Below, in pieces: positions 26,385 to 40,400 of a DNA stretch of 64,000 bases. The notes beneath the pieces are model-generated. The model was not told the origin of the DNA and searched no databases. It worked only from the letters and a program-made list of their open reading frames with translations. The position numbers and the translations under genes were made by a program. The DNA is from Eukaryota sp. GEM-RC1 (taxonomy: Eukaryota), in NCBI GenBank assembly GCA_040285855.1, contig JAUFOQ010000003.1:1116001-1180000 (forward strand). The letters are read 5' to 3'. Within the stretch, counting starts at the first letter, position 1. Each line of letters opens with the position of its first letter.

Positions 26385-28919
26385 TAGAGATGGGAGCCGG
26401 CTAAATTTAGCCGGCTCAGCCAACTAGCCGAGCCAGCCGGCTGTCCCAAATTGAAATTTTTCCAGCTGAAGCCGGCTGGCTCAAATAACTTTTAGCCGGC
26501 TCAAGCCGATTATTGAAATTTCATTTTTGACAGCTGAAATACTTATAATTCATTCACGAATTGATACAAACATAACATTGCAGGACATTAAATATTAAAA
26601 CTAAAGAATTTCTATAAAAATAATCTTTATCAACATTAGCACAATAATCAGCAGTTTACATTCTTCACATCAATTTGCAATGGACATTACTTTGGTCTCT
26701 GAAAATGAAGAACCTATAGAAGTATCTCAAAGCAACTCTTCCAACGACATAGTTTCCTTAGAACTCCTTAAGCCTCTTCCCAAAGATATTGCTCCTTTCT
26801 TCCAACAGGCGGCCAAGAAACTCCCAAATGGTGATATAGAAGTGCGTACTGAAACCATCGAATGTAAATTTTGTGTCTCTAAGCGCTACAAGTCATCTAC
26901 AGCCACAGGTAACTTGCGTTCTCATGTGAGAAAGCACCATAATAAGCTCTATGAATCTGAAGTTCCTCCCCTTAAAAAGAGTCGACAAATAACTGAATAT
27001 CTTCATCCAACAGAACGCCCCTTCAAAAAAGATCCAAGTGGAGTAATTCCTCTCATTGTTGATCATATCCTTGCTGATCAACATCCATTGTCGTACATTG
27101 AATCTCCAACTCTCTTGAAGATCCTTCAGTTTTACGAACCGTCTGTGAGTCTACCGTGCAGAAAAACGATTACGGATACGATATTGAATTTATTCGCACA
27201 AAAAAGTTATTGCTTCAAGAAACGCTGGCACTTAACACTTCGAAGATGTCTCTTACGTCTGATTTGTGGACTTCAAATAATGGGACACCCTATATTTCTG
27301 TCGTAGGCCACTACATTAATGACGCATATGAGCTACTTACATGCACTCTCGATATCTCTTATTTGACTTTTCCGCATACCGCAGAAATGATTTCGGCGAA
27401 ACTGAACACCATTATTGCTGATTATGGGCTTCAAACCAAGACACAATCATGGACAACTGACAATGCTGGGAACATTGTGAATGCAGTTGATTTACTGAAC
27501 GAAAGGTCTGAAAATCAGCGATGCTTTGCTCATGTTTTAAACATCATGGTCCAGAATGGATTGCCCTTTATACAAGCCAGTATACTTAAGATTCAAAAAT
27601 TGACGTCTAAAACCCATATGTCCAGTTCATTGAATGAAAAGCTCAAAACTTGCGCCAAAGACACAGGCAAAAAATTTCAAAGAATTCCCTCTGACGTTCC
27701 AACTCGCTGGAATAGCACATGTCTCATGCTAAAAACGTATCACGACCAGTTGGCTATCATTAATTACTTCTTACAAAATGAGCAAATTACTGAACTAATA
27801 TTATCTGACTTTGAAACAGTAACATTGTCAAAGCTGTTGAAACTGTTGAAACCATTCTATGATATCACAACCGATCTTTCATCGGCATCTGACGTGACAA
27901 TTTCCCATACAATTCTGTATTGGGAAACCATAAAAGAAGTGCTAGATGTTGAAATTGCCAAATTTGGCCAAGGAGTGCTAAACAGCAATTTGGCAGAATT
28001 GGAGAATATTCGCCGGAAGTCCGATCTGCACAAAAAGATGCAGGAATTGAGTGAGGTATATCCAAACAAAGTAACCGGTTTTTGTAGCATCTTTATGAAG
28101 AAAATCATTGCTAAGTACGATGCCAATGTACTGAATGACACGACCAAGATTGCAACTGTGATGGATCCGTCTATCAAGTTAAGTCCTTTAATGTGGCCAA
28201 CGCATGTGAACTTGCAGGAAGTTAGACATCTGCTATTAACACGCCTTCAGGAAGAGTATAGCAGTGAAAATGGAGAGAGAGAAGTGAGAAAGAAGACCAA
28301 ATCCTTCAGAGCTAAGCTTAAGATCATCAAAGAATCTGTGTCCCAGAACAGTACCACAGATGAAAGTTCTGAATATGAGGATCTATCAGTTGAAAAGGAG
28401 TTAGATACGTATCTTTCTATGTTTTTGGCCGAGAATGACAATACCTTAGATTGGTGGAGAGTAAACTCTGAAAACTTTCCTCTGATGAGCAAATTTGCAA
28501 GGGATATGTTAGCTGTTCAAGCGACCTCCGTTAGTAGTGAACGATTGTTTTCACAAACTGGTAATGTAATAACTAAGAAGCGTTCCCGGTTAGATGACAC
28601 CACGGTAACTGCATTAATGTGTTTGCGGTGCTGGCTTTTGAACGAAGAAGATCAGAAGGACGATGAGTAGAGTAGCAATAATTGAGAATTTATGTATAAC
28701 AATAATCTAGATGAACCACATAAAACAAATCTATCAAAGAGAAGACACTGAAAGCATATGCTTTGACAAAACAGTTAAATAATAAATCTACATCAAACTC
28801 ATTGCGGCTGAGCCGGCTTAAGCCGGCTTAAGCCGGCTAAACAATGTTGGAAGCCATAGCCGGCTAACTAGTACCTGCAGCTGAGCCGTGAGCAAAATTT
28901 GAGCCGGCTCCCATCTTTA
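26385..28919 (+). mobile_element. Full-length hAT DNA transposon (2535 bp)
   Basis: TIRs TAGAGATGGGAGCCGGCT / AGCCGGCTCCCATCTTTA. 8-bp TSD ATAGTAAC at 26377-26384 and 28920-28927. Many AGCCGGCT subterminal repeats. The empty site is visible in the left foldback arm (GTTACTAT near 22546). Confidence 0.96.
26680..28670 (+). CDS. hAT transposase (BED zinc finger, DDE, C-terminal dimerisation domain) with one frameshift in an A6 run near 27200
   Basis: CKFC...HVRKHH (BED), LTSDLWT, TTDNAGN, RCFAHVLN, PTRWNS, WWRVN..FP...ARDMLAVQATSVSSERLFS. Confidence 0.92.
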
Positions 28920-29060
28920 ATAGTAACATTAATCTATGAATCTACTAAAAAACAAAGCATTCATAGTCATCTTTTGTGAAACACAATTTTTTATGTCGAG
29001 TATTTTTTGAATTAGTCGTCAAATAGATAAAACTAATCGATCATGTTTATTCGGCACCCA

Positions 29061-31440
29061 ATAAGGCAACCTTCCTACAAACTATGAAATTGTAAAAACA
29101 AACAAATAATACTAAGATTAATTCCAAACGACTTCATCACCACCCGGTAAAAGATTACGTTTATCAACATTAACCTTCACACCAAACTTGTACAATTTCT
29201 CAAATAATCTAGAGAAATAGAAAGGCATATTCCGATATATGGAAAACACTATACGGTTTTTCCATCCAGCCATTCTAAACTTACGCTTCTTTTCTTTACA
29301 CAATTCTTCGAAATCCTTGAAAAATTGATCACTAGCAGGACTAATAGATCCAAAAGAGGAACATCAAAAGGTTGAAACACAAATGTGGAATATGAGTTTC
29401 TATATAATTCTTCTACTTGAGAGTCATACTTGAAGTGTTGGAGTTTTTCAGCAGCTGTTAATGGATTAAAAGAAGGCTCTAATATCCTACTAACACACGA
29501 TTTGTTACAAACATCTACTGTAGTAAAATCCATTAATGATTGACCCGATTTAAGCCACGGAGTATGGAGATCCCTTTTTTTTGATCAGTAAATTCATTTT
29601 CTGAAAGATGATTCAAAACTGGTTCAACTTTAGAGTGAAAACCATGTGCTTTAAACATGGAATAACAAGAATCACGTACACCATCATGAATTACTGCACG
29701 TAGATGAAGAAAATAACGACAATTAATTTGAATGACGCAAAACGTCATTGGTTCTACAAGAGCAAGTTGAATAGTTTAATAAATTTGCAGGCCAAATAGC
29801 CAAACGAAGACGCATATTGATCATCCAAGCTTCATCAGATAGATGTAATCCAAACACCTTAGGAATTTGAGAAATAAATCCAGAAGGTCGATTATTACAA
29901 AGGTCCATTAAAAAAGCAGCGAACTCGTGACTATTAGTTTTAGCCAAGCTAATACGATTATTAAAGTCCATGAGTTCAAACTCCTTTGTCAATTTATTTT
30001 GCAGTTTACTTACATCAGATGGTAGAGATGAAATATTTTTTAAAGGAGTCTCCCTCAAATGATCAGGGAACAAAGATTCCCCCATATCAGGAAACAAAGT
30101 TGATACCAAATCGTTAGCAGATTGAATCCAACGACAATTACTGGAATTCAACAGATTGATTCCATCCAAGGGAAACCTTTTCAAAAATTTAAACATAAAA
30201 TTCTTAACACCTCCTCAAAGAGCAGATTTTCTAATGATTTTTGCATGGGTGAAACCTACCCCTGCGAATTCAGAAGAATAAAAATCATGAAATGGAATCT
30301 TACACTCATCAATTTCAGCCAAGTTAGGGAGAATATTTGTTCTAATAGAATTCAATTTCTTGGCAAAAGTTTCAGTAAAGGAATAGTCCAATGAACGTAA
30401 AAAATTATTAATTTTCCCGGAAAAACAGACCTGAAGCATGTCAAAGGAAACATGTTTACTCACATCTAAAGATAATATTTGATTTAGTTTTTCTTCAATG
30501 GTAGTTTATGAACCCTCCAATTCTGAATGAATTTTCTCATCATTTCCCAAAAATGTGCCAAGGAGACGAAAACATTGAGTACATCGAGTAGAATAATCGA
30601 TGATAGGAATATTACAAAAACCAAGATTAGAAACATTCGAAAACTTAACAACAAGAAAACACTTATCAAAATTAATTGCTAAACCAATACTCAAAGAAAG
30701 TTCAATGAAACGTGAAAAACACTTTTTGAGAACGTCAACTGGAGCGATCAGCGAAGAATCATCAGCATAAGCACAAATTTTAACAGTTGGAAATTTTAAT
30801 TGTCAGATTTTAAATAATTTTTCAGAGCCAGACGAAACAAAAAAGGACCCAAAGGATCACATTGCTTAACCCCTCTAGTAGATTAAATATCAAAATTGTC
30901 AAAAATTAAATTCGACGCTTTACCATAAACAAAATTGAAATAGGAAATCAACTGAGGAAAAAATTCAGAAAGTTCGTCAGATATAGGTGATCTTAAAACA
31001 CAATTAAATACATTTTTAAAGTCAATGCTTAAAGTGACATTTTCCTCATTTGAATAAAAAAGAAAATCAGAGGTTAAAGCAGCACACGTAGTACCATCAG
31101 GAACTCCAACTGCAAATTCAAACGGTCTAAAGAATTCAACAGAGGAATCTCTGACTCTCCTAAAACACATAGTTGAAAAAATACGAGAAATTGTTTCACC
31201 CACTGCAATTGGTCTAACACCACCATTTGGTTTGTTTAAAGCCCCTAATCTAGAAGAGCAAAGAGCATGAGGTAATTTCTTTGTGCCTAATAAAACTTCA
31301 TTAAAGAAAACAGCAAGATCTTCACAAATTTCAGGAACATCATTAACGGTTTTTTTAAAATGATCAAAACTCATACCAGAAGGACCTGCAGCACGACCAG
31401 AAGGGGATGACGAAATTAATTGTATTATTTCCATCAACTA
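29061..31440 (-). mobile_element. 5'-truncated, degenerate CRE/SLACS-like non-LTR retrotransposon (RT, CCHC finger, RLE, 3' UTR)
   Basis: RT motifs GGVRPIAVGE, DFKNVFN, GVKQCDPLGP and CAYADD. Downstream MRLRL, CSC...H..C...RAVIHDGVRD, DFTTVD and WKNRIVFSI. Multiple frameshifts. Confidence 0.85.
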
Positions 31441-34400
31441 AAACAGGCAACATGCAAAAGAACTTGCTGAAAGCAGAAGAATTTCAAACAAGACTTCAAC
31501 TATGTGATTTAACATTTATTTTAGCAACTTCCGTCGAAGTTGACACATTGTTTTCTCGTGTGACACTTTGAACGTCACCTTTGGCTCCACTACAACAGCA
31601 ATCTTTGGAACATAGACACTATCAGAACTGCCTGTGTATCACATTGGAGTGTAGAAGATGAGGAACATTTTTTAAATAGTTTTTACTTAATGAGTTTTAT
31701 AAACTGATATTGCAATATTGACCAATAAACTGGATCCAATACAGTACTGATTGGTAAGTCACATTCCAATAACAATTTATTGCCAATTCAACATACGGCA
31801 TCCCTGTATACATGTGTAGTTTAGCAATTACGTTTACATTCAATGAAGATGTATAGAACAAGATCAGAAGTGACAGGTCTTCAATGGTAGTTAATGAACC
31901 CTCCAATTCTGAATGAATTTTCTCATCATTTCCCAAAAATGTGCCAAGGAGACGAAAACATTGAGTACATCGAGTAGAATAATCGATGATAGGAATATTA
32001 CAAAAACCAAGATTAGAAACATTCGAAAACTTAACAACAAGAAAACACTTATCAAAATTAATTGCTAAACCAATACTCAAAGAAAGTTCAATGAAACGTG
32101 AAAAACACTTTTTGAGAACGTCAACTGGAGCGATCAGCGAAGAATCATCAGCATAAGCACAAATTTTAACAGTTGGAAATTTTAATTGTCAGATTTTAAA
32201 TAATTTTTTCAGAGCCAGAAGAAACAAAAAAGGACCCAAAGGATCACATGGCTTAACCCCTCTATTTGATTAAATATCAAAATTGTCAAAAATTAAATTC
32301 GACGCTTTACCATGAACAAAATTGAAATAGGAAATCAACTGAGGAAAAAATTCAGAAAGTTCGTCAGATATAGGTGATCTTAAAACACAATTAAATACAT
32401 TTTTAAAGTCAATGATTAAAGTGACATTTTCCTCATTTGAATAAAAAAGAAAATCAGAGGTTAAAGCAGCACACGTAGTACCATCAGGAACTCCAACTGC
32501 AAATTCAAACGGTCTAAAGAATTCAACAGAGGAATCTCTGACTCTCCTAAAACACATAGTTGAAAAAATACGAGAAATTGTTTCACCCACTGCAATTGGT
32601 CTAACACCACCATTTGGTTTGTTTAAAGCCCCTAATCTAGAAGAGCAAAGAGCATGAGGTAATTTCTTTGTGCCTAATAAAACTTCATTAAAGAAAACAG
32701 CAAGATCTTCACAAATTTCAGGAACATCATTAACGGTTTTTTTAAAATGATCAAAACTCATACCAGAAGGACCTGCAGCACGACCAGAAGGGGATGACGA
32801 AATTAATTGTATTATTTCCATCAACTAAAACAGGCAACATGCAAAAGAACTTGCTGAAAGCAGAAGAATTTCAAACAAGACTTCAACTATGTGATTTAAC
32901 ATTTATTTTAGCAACTTCCGTCGAAGTTGACACATTGTTTTCTCGTGTGACACTTTGAACGTCACCTTTGGCTCCACTACAACAGCAATCTTTGGAACAT
33001 AGACACTATCAGAACTGCCTGTGTATCACATTGGAGTGTAGAAGATGAGGAACATTTTTTAAATAGTTTTTACTTAATGAGTTTTATAAACTGATATTGC
33101 AATATTGACCAATAAACTGGATCCAATACAGTACTGATTGGTAAGTCACATTCCAATAACAATTTATTGCCAATTCAACATACGGCATCCCTGTATACAT
33201 GTATAGTTTAGCAATTACGTTTACATTCAATGAAGATGTATAGAACAAGATCAGAAGTGACAGGTCTTCAATGGTAGTTAATGAACCCTCCAATTCTGAA
33301 TGAATTTTCTCATCATTTCCCAAAAATGTGCCAAGGAGACGAAAACATTAAGTACATCGAGTAGAATAATCGATGATAGGAATATTACAAAAACCAAGAT
33401 TAGAAACATTCGAAAACTTAACAACAAGAAAACACTTATCAAAATTAATTGCTAAACCAATACTCAAAGAAAGTTCAATGAAACGTGAAAAACACTTTTT
33501 GAGAACGTCAACTGGAGCGATCAGCGAAGAATCATCAGCATAAGCACAAATTTTAACAGTTGGAAATTTTAATTGTCAGATTTTAAATAATTTTTTCAGA
33601 GCCAGAAGAAACAAAAAAGGACCCAAAGGATCACATTGCTTAACCCCTCTATTTGATTAAATATCAAAATTGTCAAAAATTAAATTCGACGCTTTACCAT
33701 AAACAAAATTGAAATAGGAAATCAACTGAGGAAAAAATTCAGAAAGTTCGTCAGATATAGGTGATCTTAAAACACAATTAAATACATTTTTAAAGTCAAT
33801 GATTAAAGTGACATTTTCCTCATTTGAATAAAAAAGAAAATCAGAGGTTAAAGCAGCACACGTAGTACCATCAGGAACTCCAACTGCAAATTCAAACGGT
33901 CTAAAGAATTCAACAGAGGAATCTCTGACTCTCCTAAAACACATAGTTGAAAAAATACGAGAAATTGTTTCACCCACTGCAATTGGTCTAACACCACCAT
34001 TTGGTTTGTTTAAAGCCCCTAATCTAGAAGAGCAAAGAGCATGAGGTAATTTCTTTGTGCCTAATAAAACTTCATTAAAGAAAACAGCAAGATCTTCACA
34101 AATTTCAGGAACATCATTAACGGTTTTTTTAAAATGATCAAAACTCATACCAGAAGGACCTGCAGCACGACCAGAAGGGGATGACGAAATTAATTGTATT
34201 ATTTCCATCAACTAAAACAGGCAACATGCAAAAGAACTTGCTGAAAGCAGAAGAATTTCAAACAAGACTTCAACTATGTGATTTAACATTTATTTTAGCA
34301 ACTTCCGTCGAAGTTGACACATTGTTTTCTCGTGTGACACTTTGAACGTCACCTTTGGCTCCACTACAACAGCAATCTTTGGAACATAGACACTATCAGA

Positions 34401-37400
34401 ACTGCCTGTGTATCACATTGGAGTGTAGAAGATGAGGAACATTTTTTAAATAGTTTTTACTTAATGAGTTTTATAAACTGATATTGCAATATTGACCAAT
34501 AAACTGGATCCAATACAGTACTGATTGGTAAGTCACATTCCAATAACAATTTATTGCCAATTCAACATACGGCATCCCTGTATACATGTATAGTTTAGCA
34601 ATTACGTTTACATTCAATGAAGATGTATAGAACAAGATCAGAAGTGACAGGTCTTCAATGGTAGTTAATGAACCCTCCAATTCTGAATGAATTTTCTCAT
34701 CATTTCCCAAAAATGTGCCAAGGAGACGAAAACATTAAGTACATCGAGTAGAATAATCGATGATAGGAATATTACAAAAACCAAGATTAGAAACATTCGA
34801 AAACTTAACAACAAGAAAACACTTATCAAAATTAATTGCTAAACCAATACTCAAAGAAAGTTCAATGAAACGTGAAAAACACTTTTTGAGAACGTCAACT
34901 GGAGCGATCAGCGAAGAATCATCAGCATAAGCACAAATTTTAACAGTTGGAAATTTTAATTGTCAGATTTTAAATAATTTTTTCAGAGCCAGAAGAAACA
35001 AAAAAGGACCCAAAGGATCACATTGCTTAACCCCTCTATTTGATTAAATATCAAAATTGTCAAAAATTAAATTCGACGCTTTACCATAAACAAAATTGAA
35101 ATAGGAAATCAACTGAGGAAAAAATTCAGAAAGTTCGTCAGATATAGGTGATCTTAAAACACAATTAAATACATTTTTAAAGTCAATGATTAAAGTGACA
35201 TTTTCCTCATTTGAATAAAAAAGAAAATCAGAGGTTAAAGCAGCACACGTAGTACCATCAGGAACTCCAACTGCAAATTCAAACGGTTTAAAGAATTCAA
35301 CAGAGGAATCTCTGACTCTCCTAAAACACATAGTTGAAAAAATACGAGAAATTGTTTCACCCACTGCAATTGGTCTAACACCACCATTTGGTTTGTTTAA
35401 AGCCCCTAATCTAGAAGAGCAAAGAGCATGAGGTAATTTCTTTGTGCCTAATAAAACTTCATCAAAGAAAACAGCAAGATCTTCACAAATTTCAGGAACA
35501 TCATTAACGGTTTTTTTAAAATGATCAAAACTCATACCAGAAGGACCTGCAGCACGACCAGAAGGGGATGACGAAATTAATTGTATTATTTCCATCAACT
35601 AAAACAGGCAACATGCAAAAGAACTTGCTGAAAGCAGAAGAATTTCAAACAAGACTTCAACTATGTGATTTAACATTTATTTTAGCAACTTCCGTCGAAG
35701 TTGACACATTGTTTTCTCGTGTGACACTTTGAACGTCACCTTTGGCTCCACTACAACAGCAATCTTTGGAACATAGACACTATCAGAACTGCCTGTGTAT
35801 CACATTGGAGTGTAGAAGATGAGGAACATTTTTTTAGATAGTTTTTACTTAATGAGTTTTATAAACTGATGTTGCAATATTGACCAATATACTGGATCCA
35901 ATACAGTACTGATTGGTAAGTCACATTCCAATAACAATTTATTGCCAATTCAACATACGGCATCCCTGTATACATGTATAGTTTAGCAATTACGTTTACA
36001 TTCAATGAAGATGTATAGAACAAGATCAGAAGTGACAGGTCTTCAATGGTAGTTAATGAACCCTCCAATTCTGAATGAATTTTCTCATCATTTCCCAAAA
36101 ATGTGCCAAGGAGACGAAAACATTGAGTACATCGAGTAGAATAATCGATGATAGGAATATTACAAAAACCAAGATTAGAAACATTCGAAAACTTAACAAC
36201 AAGAAAACACTTATCAAAATTAATTGCTGAACCAATACTCAAAGAAAGTTCAATGAAACGTGAAAAACACTTTTTGAGAACGTCAACTGGAGCGATCAGC
36301 GAAGAATCATCATCAAAAGCACAAATTTTAACAGTTGGAAATTTTAATTGTCAGATTTTAAATAATTTTTTCAGAGCCAGACAAAACAAAAAAGGACCCA
36401 AAGGATCACATTGCTTAACCCCTCTAGTAGATTTAATATCAAAATTGTCAAAAATTAAATTCGACGCTTTACCATAAACAAGATTGAAATAGGAAATCAA
36501 CTGAGGAAAAAATTCAGAAAGTTCGTCAGATATAGGTGATCTTAAAACACAATTAAATACATTTTTAAAATCAATGCTTAAAGTGACATTTTCCTCATTT
36601 GAATAAAAAAGAAAATCAGAGGTTAAAGCAGCACACGTAGTACCATCAGGAACTCCAACTGCAAATTCAAACGGTCTAAAGAATCCAACAGAGGAATCTC
36701 TGACTCTCCTAAAACACATAGTTGAAAAAATACGAGAAATTGTTTCACCCACTGCAATTGGTCTAACACCACCATTTGGTTTGTTTAAAGCCCCTAATCT
36801 AGAAGAGCAAAGAGCATGAGGTAATTTCTTTGTGCCTAATAAAACTTCATTAAAGAAAACAGCAAGATCTTCACAAATTTCAGGAACATCATTAACGGTT
36901 TTTTTAAAATGATCAAAACTCATACCAGAAGGACCTGCAGCACGACCAGAAGGGGATGACGAAATTAATTGTATTATTTCCATCAACTAAAACAGGCAAC
37001 ATGCAAAAGAACTTGCTGAAAGCAGAAGAATTTCAAACAAGACTTCAACTTATGTGATTTAATATTTATTTTAGCAACTTCCGTCGAAGTTGACACATTG
37101 TTTTCTCGTGCGACACTTTGAACGTCACCTTTGGCTCCACTACAACAGCAATCTTTGGAACATAGACACTATCAGAACTGCCTGTGTATCACATTGGAGT
37201 GTAGAAGATGAGGAACATTTTTTAGATAGTTTTTACTTAATGAGTTTTATAAACTGATATTGCAATATTGACCAATATACTGGATCCAATACAGTACTGA
37301 TTGGTAAGTCACATTCCAATAACAATTTATTGCCAATTCAACATACGGCATCCCTGTATACATGTATAGTTTAGCAATTACGTTTACATTCAATGAAGAT

Positions 37401-40400
37401 GTATAGAACAAGATCAGAAGTGACAGGTCTTCAATGGTAGTTAATGAACCCTCCAATTCTGAATGAATTTTCTCATCATTTCCCAAAAATGTGCCAAGGA
37501 GACGAAAACATTGAGTACATCGAGTAGAATAATCGATGATAGGAATATTACAAAAACCAAGATTAGAAACATTCGAAAACTTAACAACAAGAAAACACTT
37601 ATCAAAATTAATTGCTGAACCAATACTCAAAGAAAGTTCAATGAAACGTGAAAAACACTTTTTGAGAACGTCAACTGGAGCGATCAGCGAAGAATCATCA
37701 GCAAAAGCACAAATTTTAACAGTTGGAAATTTTAATTGTCAGATTTTAAATAATTTTTTCAGAGCCAGACAAAACAAAAAAGGACCCAAAGGATCACATT
37801 GCTTAACCCCTCTAGTAGATTTAATATCAAAATTGTCAAAAATTAAATTCGACGCTTTACCATAAACAAGATTGAAATAGGAAATCAACTGAGGAAAAAA
37901 TTCAGAAAGTTCGTCAGATATAGGTGATCTTAAAACACAATTAAATACATTTTTAAAATCAATGCTTAAAGTGACATTTTCCTCATTTGAATAAAAAAGA
38001 AAATCAGAGGTTAAAGCAGCACACGTAGTACCATCAGGAACTCCAACTGCAAATTCAAACGGTCTAAAGAATTCAACAGAGGAATCTCTGACTCTCCTAA
38101 AACACATAGTTGAAAAAATACGAGAAATTGTTTCACCCACTGCAATTGGTCTAACACCACCATTTGGTTTGTTTAAAGCCCCTAATCTAGAAGAGCAAAG
38201 AGCATGAGGTAATTTCTTTGTGCCTAATAAAACTTCATTAAAGAAAACAGCAAGATCTTCACAAATTTCAGGAACATCATTAACGGTTTTTTTAAAATGA
38301 TCAAAACTCATACCAGAAGGACCTGCAGCACGACCAGAAGGGGATGACGAAATTAATTGTATTATTTCCATCAACTAAAACAGGCAACATGCAAAAGAAC
38401 TTGCTGAAAGCAGAAGAATTTCAAACAAGACTTCAACTTATGTGATTTAATATTTATTTTAGCAACTTCCGTCGAAGTTGACACATTGTTTTCTCGTGCG
38501 ACACTTTGAACGTCACCTTTGGCTCCACTACAACAGCAATCTTTGGAACATAGACACTATCAGAACTGCCTGTGTATCACATTGGAGTGTAGAAGATGAG
38601 GAACATTTTTTAGATAGTTTTTACTTAATGAGTTTTATAAACTGATATTGCAATATTGACCAATATACTGGATCCAATACAGTACTGATTGGTAAGTCAC
38701 ATTCCAATAACAATTTATTGCCAATTCAACATACGGCATCCCTGTATACATGTATAGTTTAGCAATTATGTTTACATTCAATGAAGATGTATAGAACAAG
38801 ATCAGAAGTGACAGGTCTTCAATGGTAGTTAATGAACCCTCCAATTCTGAATGAATTTTCTCATCATTTCCCAAAAATGTGCCAAGGAGACGAAAACATT
38901 GAGTACATCGAGTAGAATAATCGATGATAGGAATATTACAAAAACCAAGATTAGAAACATTCGAAAACTTAACAACAAGAAAACACTTATCAAAATTAAT
39001 TGCTGAACCAGTACTCAAAGAAAGTTCAATGAAACGTGAAAAACACTTTTTGAGAACGTCAACTGGAGCGATCAGCGAAGAATCATCAGCAAAAGCACAA
39101 ATTTTAACAGTTGGAAATTTTAATTGTCAGATTTTAAATAATTTTTTCAGAGCCAGACAAAACAAAAAAGGACCCAAAGGATCACATTGCTTAACCCCTC
39201 TAGTAGATTTAATATCAAAATTGTCAAAAATTAAATTCGACGCTTTACCATAAACAAGATTGAAATAGGAAATCAACTGAGGAAAAAATTCAGAAAGTTC
39301 GTCAGATATAGGTGATCTTAAAACACAATTAAATACATTTTTAAAGTCAATGATTAAAGTGACATTTTCCTCATTTGAATAAAAAAGAAAATCAGAGGTT
39401 AAAGCAGCACACGTAGTACCATCAGGAACTCCAACTGCAAATTCAAACGGTCTAAAGAATTCAACAGAGGAATCTCTGACTCTCCTAAAACACATAGTTG
39501 AAAAAATACGAGAAATTGTTTCACCCACTGCAATTGGTCTAACACCACCATTTGGTTTGTTTAAAGCCCCTAATCTAGAAGAGCAAAGAGCATGAGGTAA
39601 TTTCTTTGTGCCTAATAAAACTTCATTAAAGAAAACAGCAAGATCTTCACAAATTTCAGGAACATCATTAACGGTTTTTTTAAAATGATCAAAACTCATA
39701 CCAGAAGGACCTGCAGCACGACCAGAAGGGGATGACGAAATTAATTGTATTATTTCCATCAACTAAAACAGGCAACATGCAAAAGAACTTGCTGAAAGCA
39801 GAAGAATTTTCCAACAAGACTTCAACTATGTGATTTAACATTTATTTTAGCAACTTCCGTCGAAGTTGACACATTGTTTTCTCGTGTGACACTTTGAACG
39901 TCACCTTTGGCTCCACTACAACAGCAATCTTTGGAACATAGACACTATCAGAACTGCCTGTGTATCACATTGGAGTGTAGAAGATGAGGAACATTTTTTA
40001 GATAGTTTTTACTTAATGAGTTTTATAAACTGATGTTGCAATATTGACCAATATACTGGATCCAATACAGTACTGATTGGTAAGTCACATTCCAATAACA
40101 ATTTATTGCCAATTCAACATACGGCATCCCTGTATACATGTATAGTTTAGCAATTACGTTTACATTCAATGAAGATGTATAGAACAAGATCAGAAGTGAC
40201 AGGTCTTCAATGGTAGTTAATGAACCCTCCAATTCTGAATGAATTTTCTCATCATTTCCCAAAAATGTGCCAAGGAGACGAAAACATTGAGTACATCGAG
40301 TAGAATAATCGATGATAGGAATATTACAAAAACCAAGATTAGAAACATTCGAAAACTTAACAACAAGAAAACACTTATCAAAATTAATTGCTGAACCAGT

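Larger units (their letters stand above)
22414..29060. mobile_element. Foldback / Pack-type element with ~690-bp near-perfect inverted arms (left 22414-23108; right 25824-26384 plus 28928-29060, split by the hAT insertion)
   Basis: Ends are TGGGTGCCGAATAAACATGATCG... and ...CGATCATGTTTATTCGGCACCCA. The reverse-complement match continues through the arms. No transposase of its own and no convincing TSD. Confidence 0.8.

Noticed and set aside
27195..27210. AAAAAAG as a programmed -1 slippery site in the hAT transposase
   Set aside because: The heptamer is out of phase (CAA AAA AGT); a missing A in a homopolymer is the simpler explanation.
22405..29068. 9-bp Mutator-type TSD for the foldback element
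   Set aside because: The flanks ATGAAGGAT and AATAAGGCA match at only 5 of 9 positions, so the superfamily is left unassigned.
36351..36353. TGA reassigned as a sense codon (alternative genetic code)
   Set aside because: About 18 kb of host coding sequence and the transposase need no in-frame TGA, TAA or TAG, and use TGG for Trp.
36148..36477. Recurrent plus-strand 109-aa ORF and the 60-127-aa ORFs in each unit
   Set aside because: Antisense or run-on frames of the RT fragment; they recur only because the DNA is repeated.
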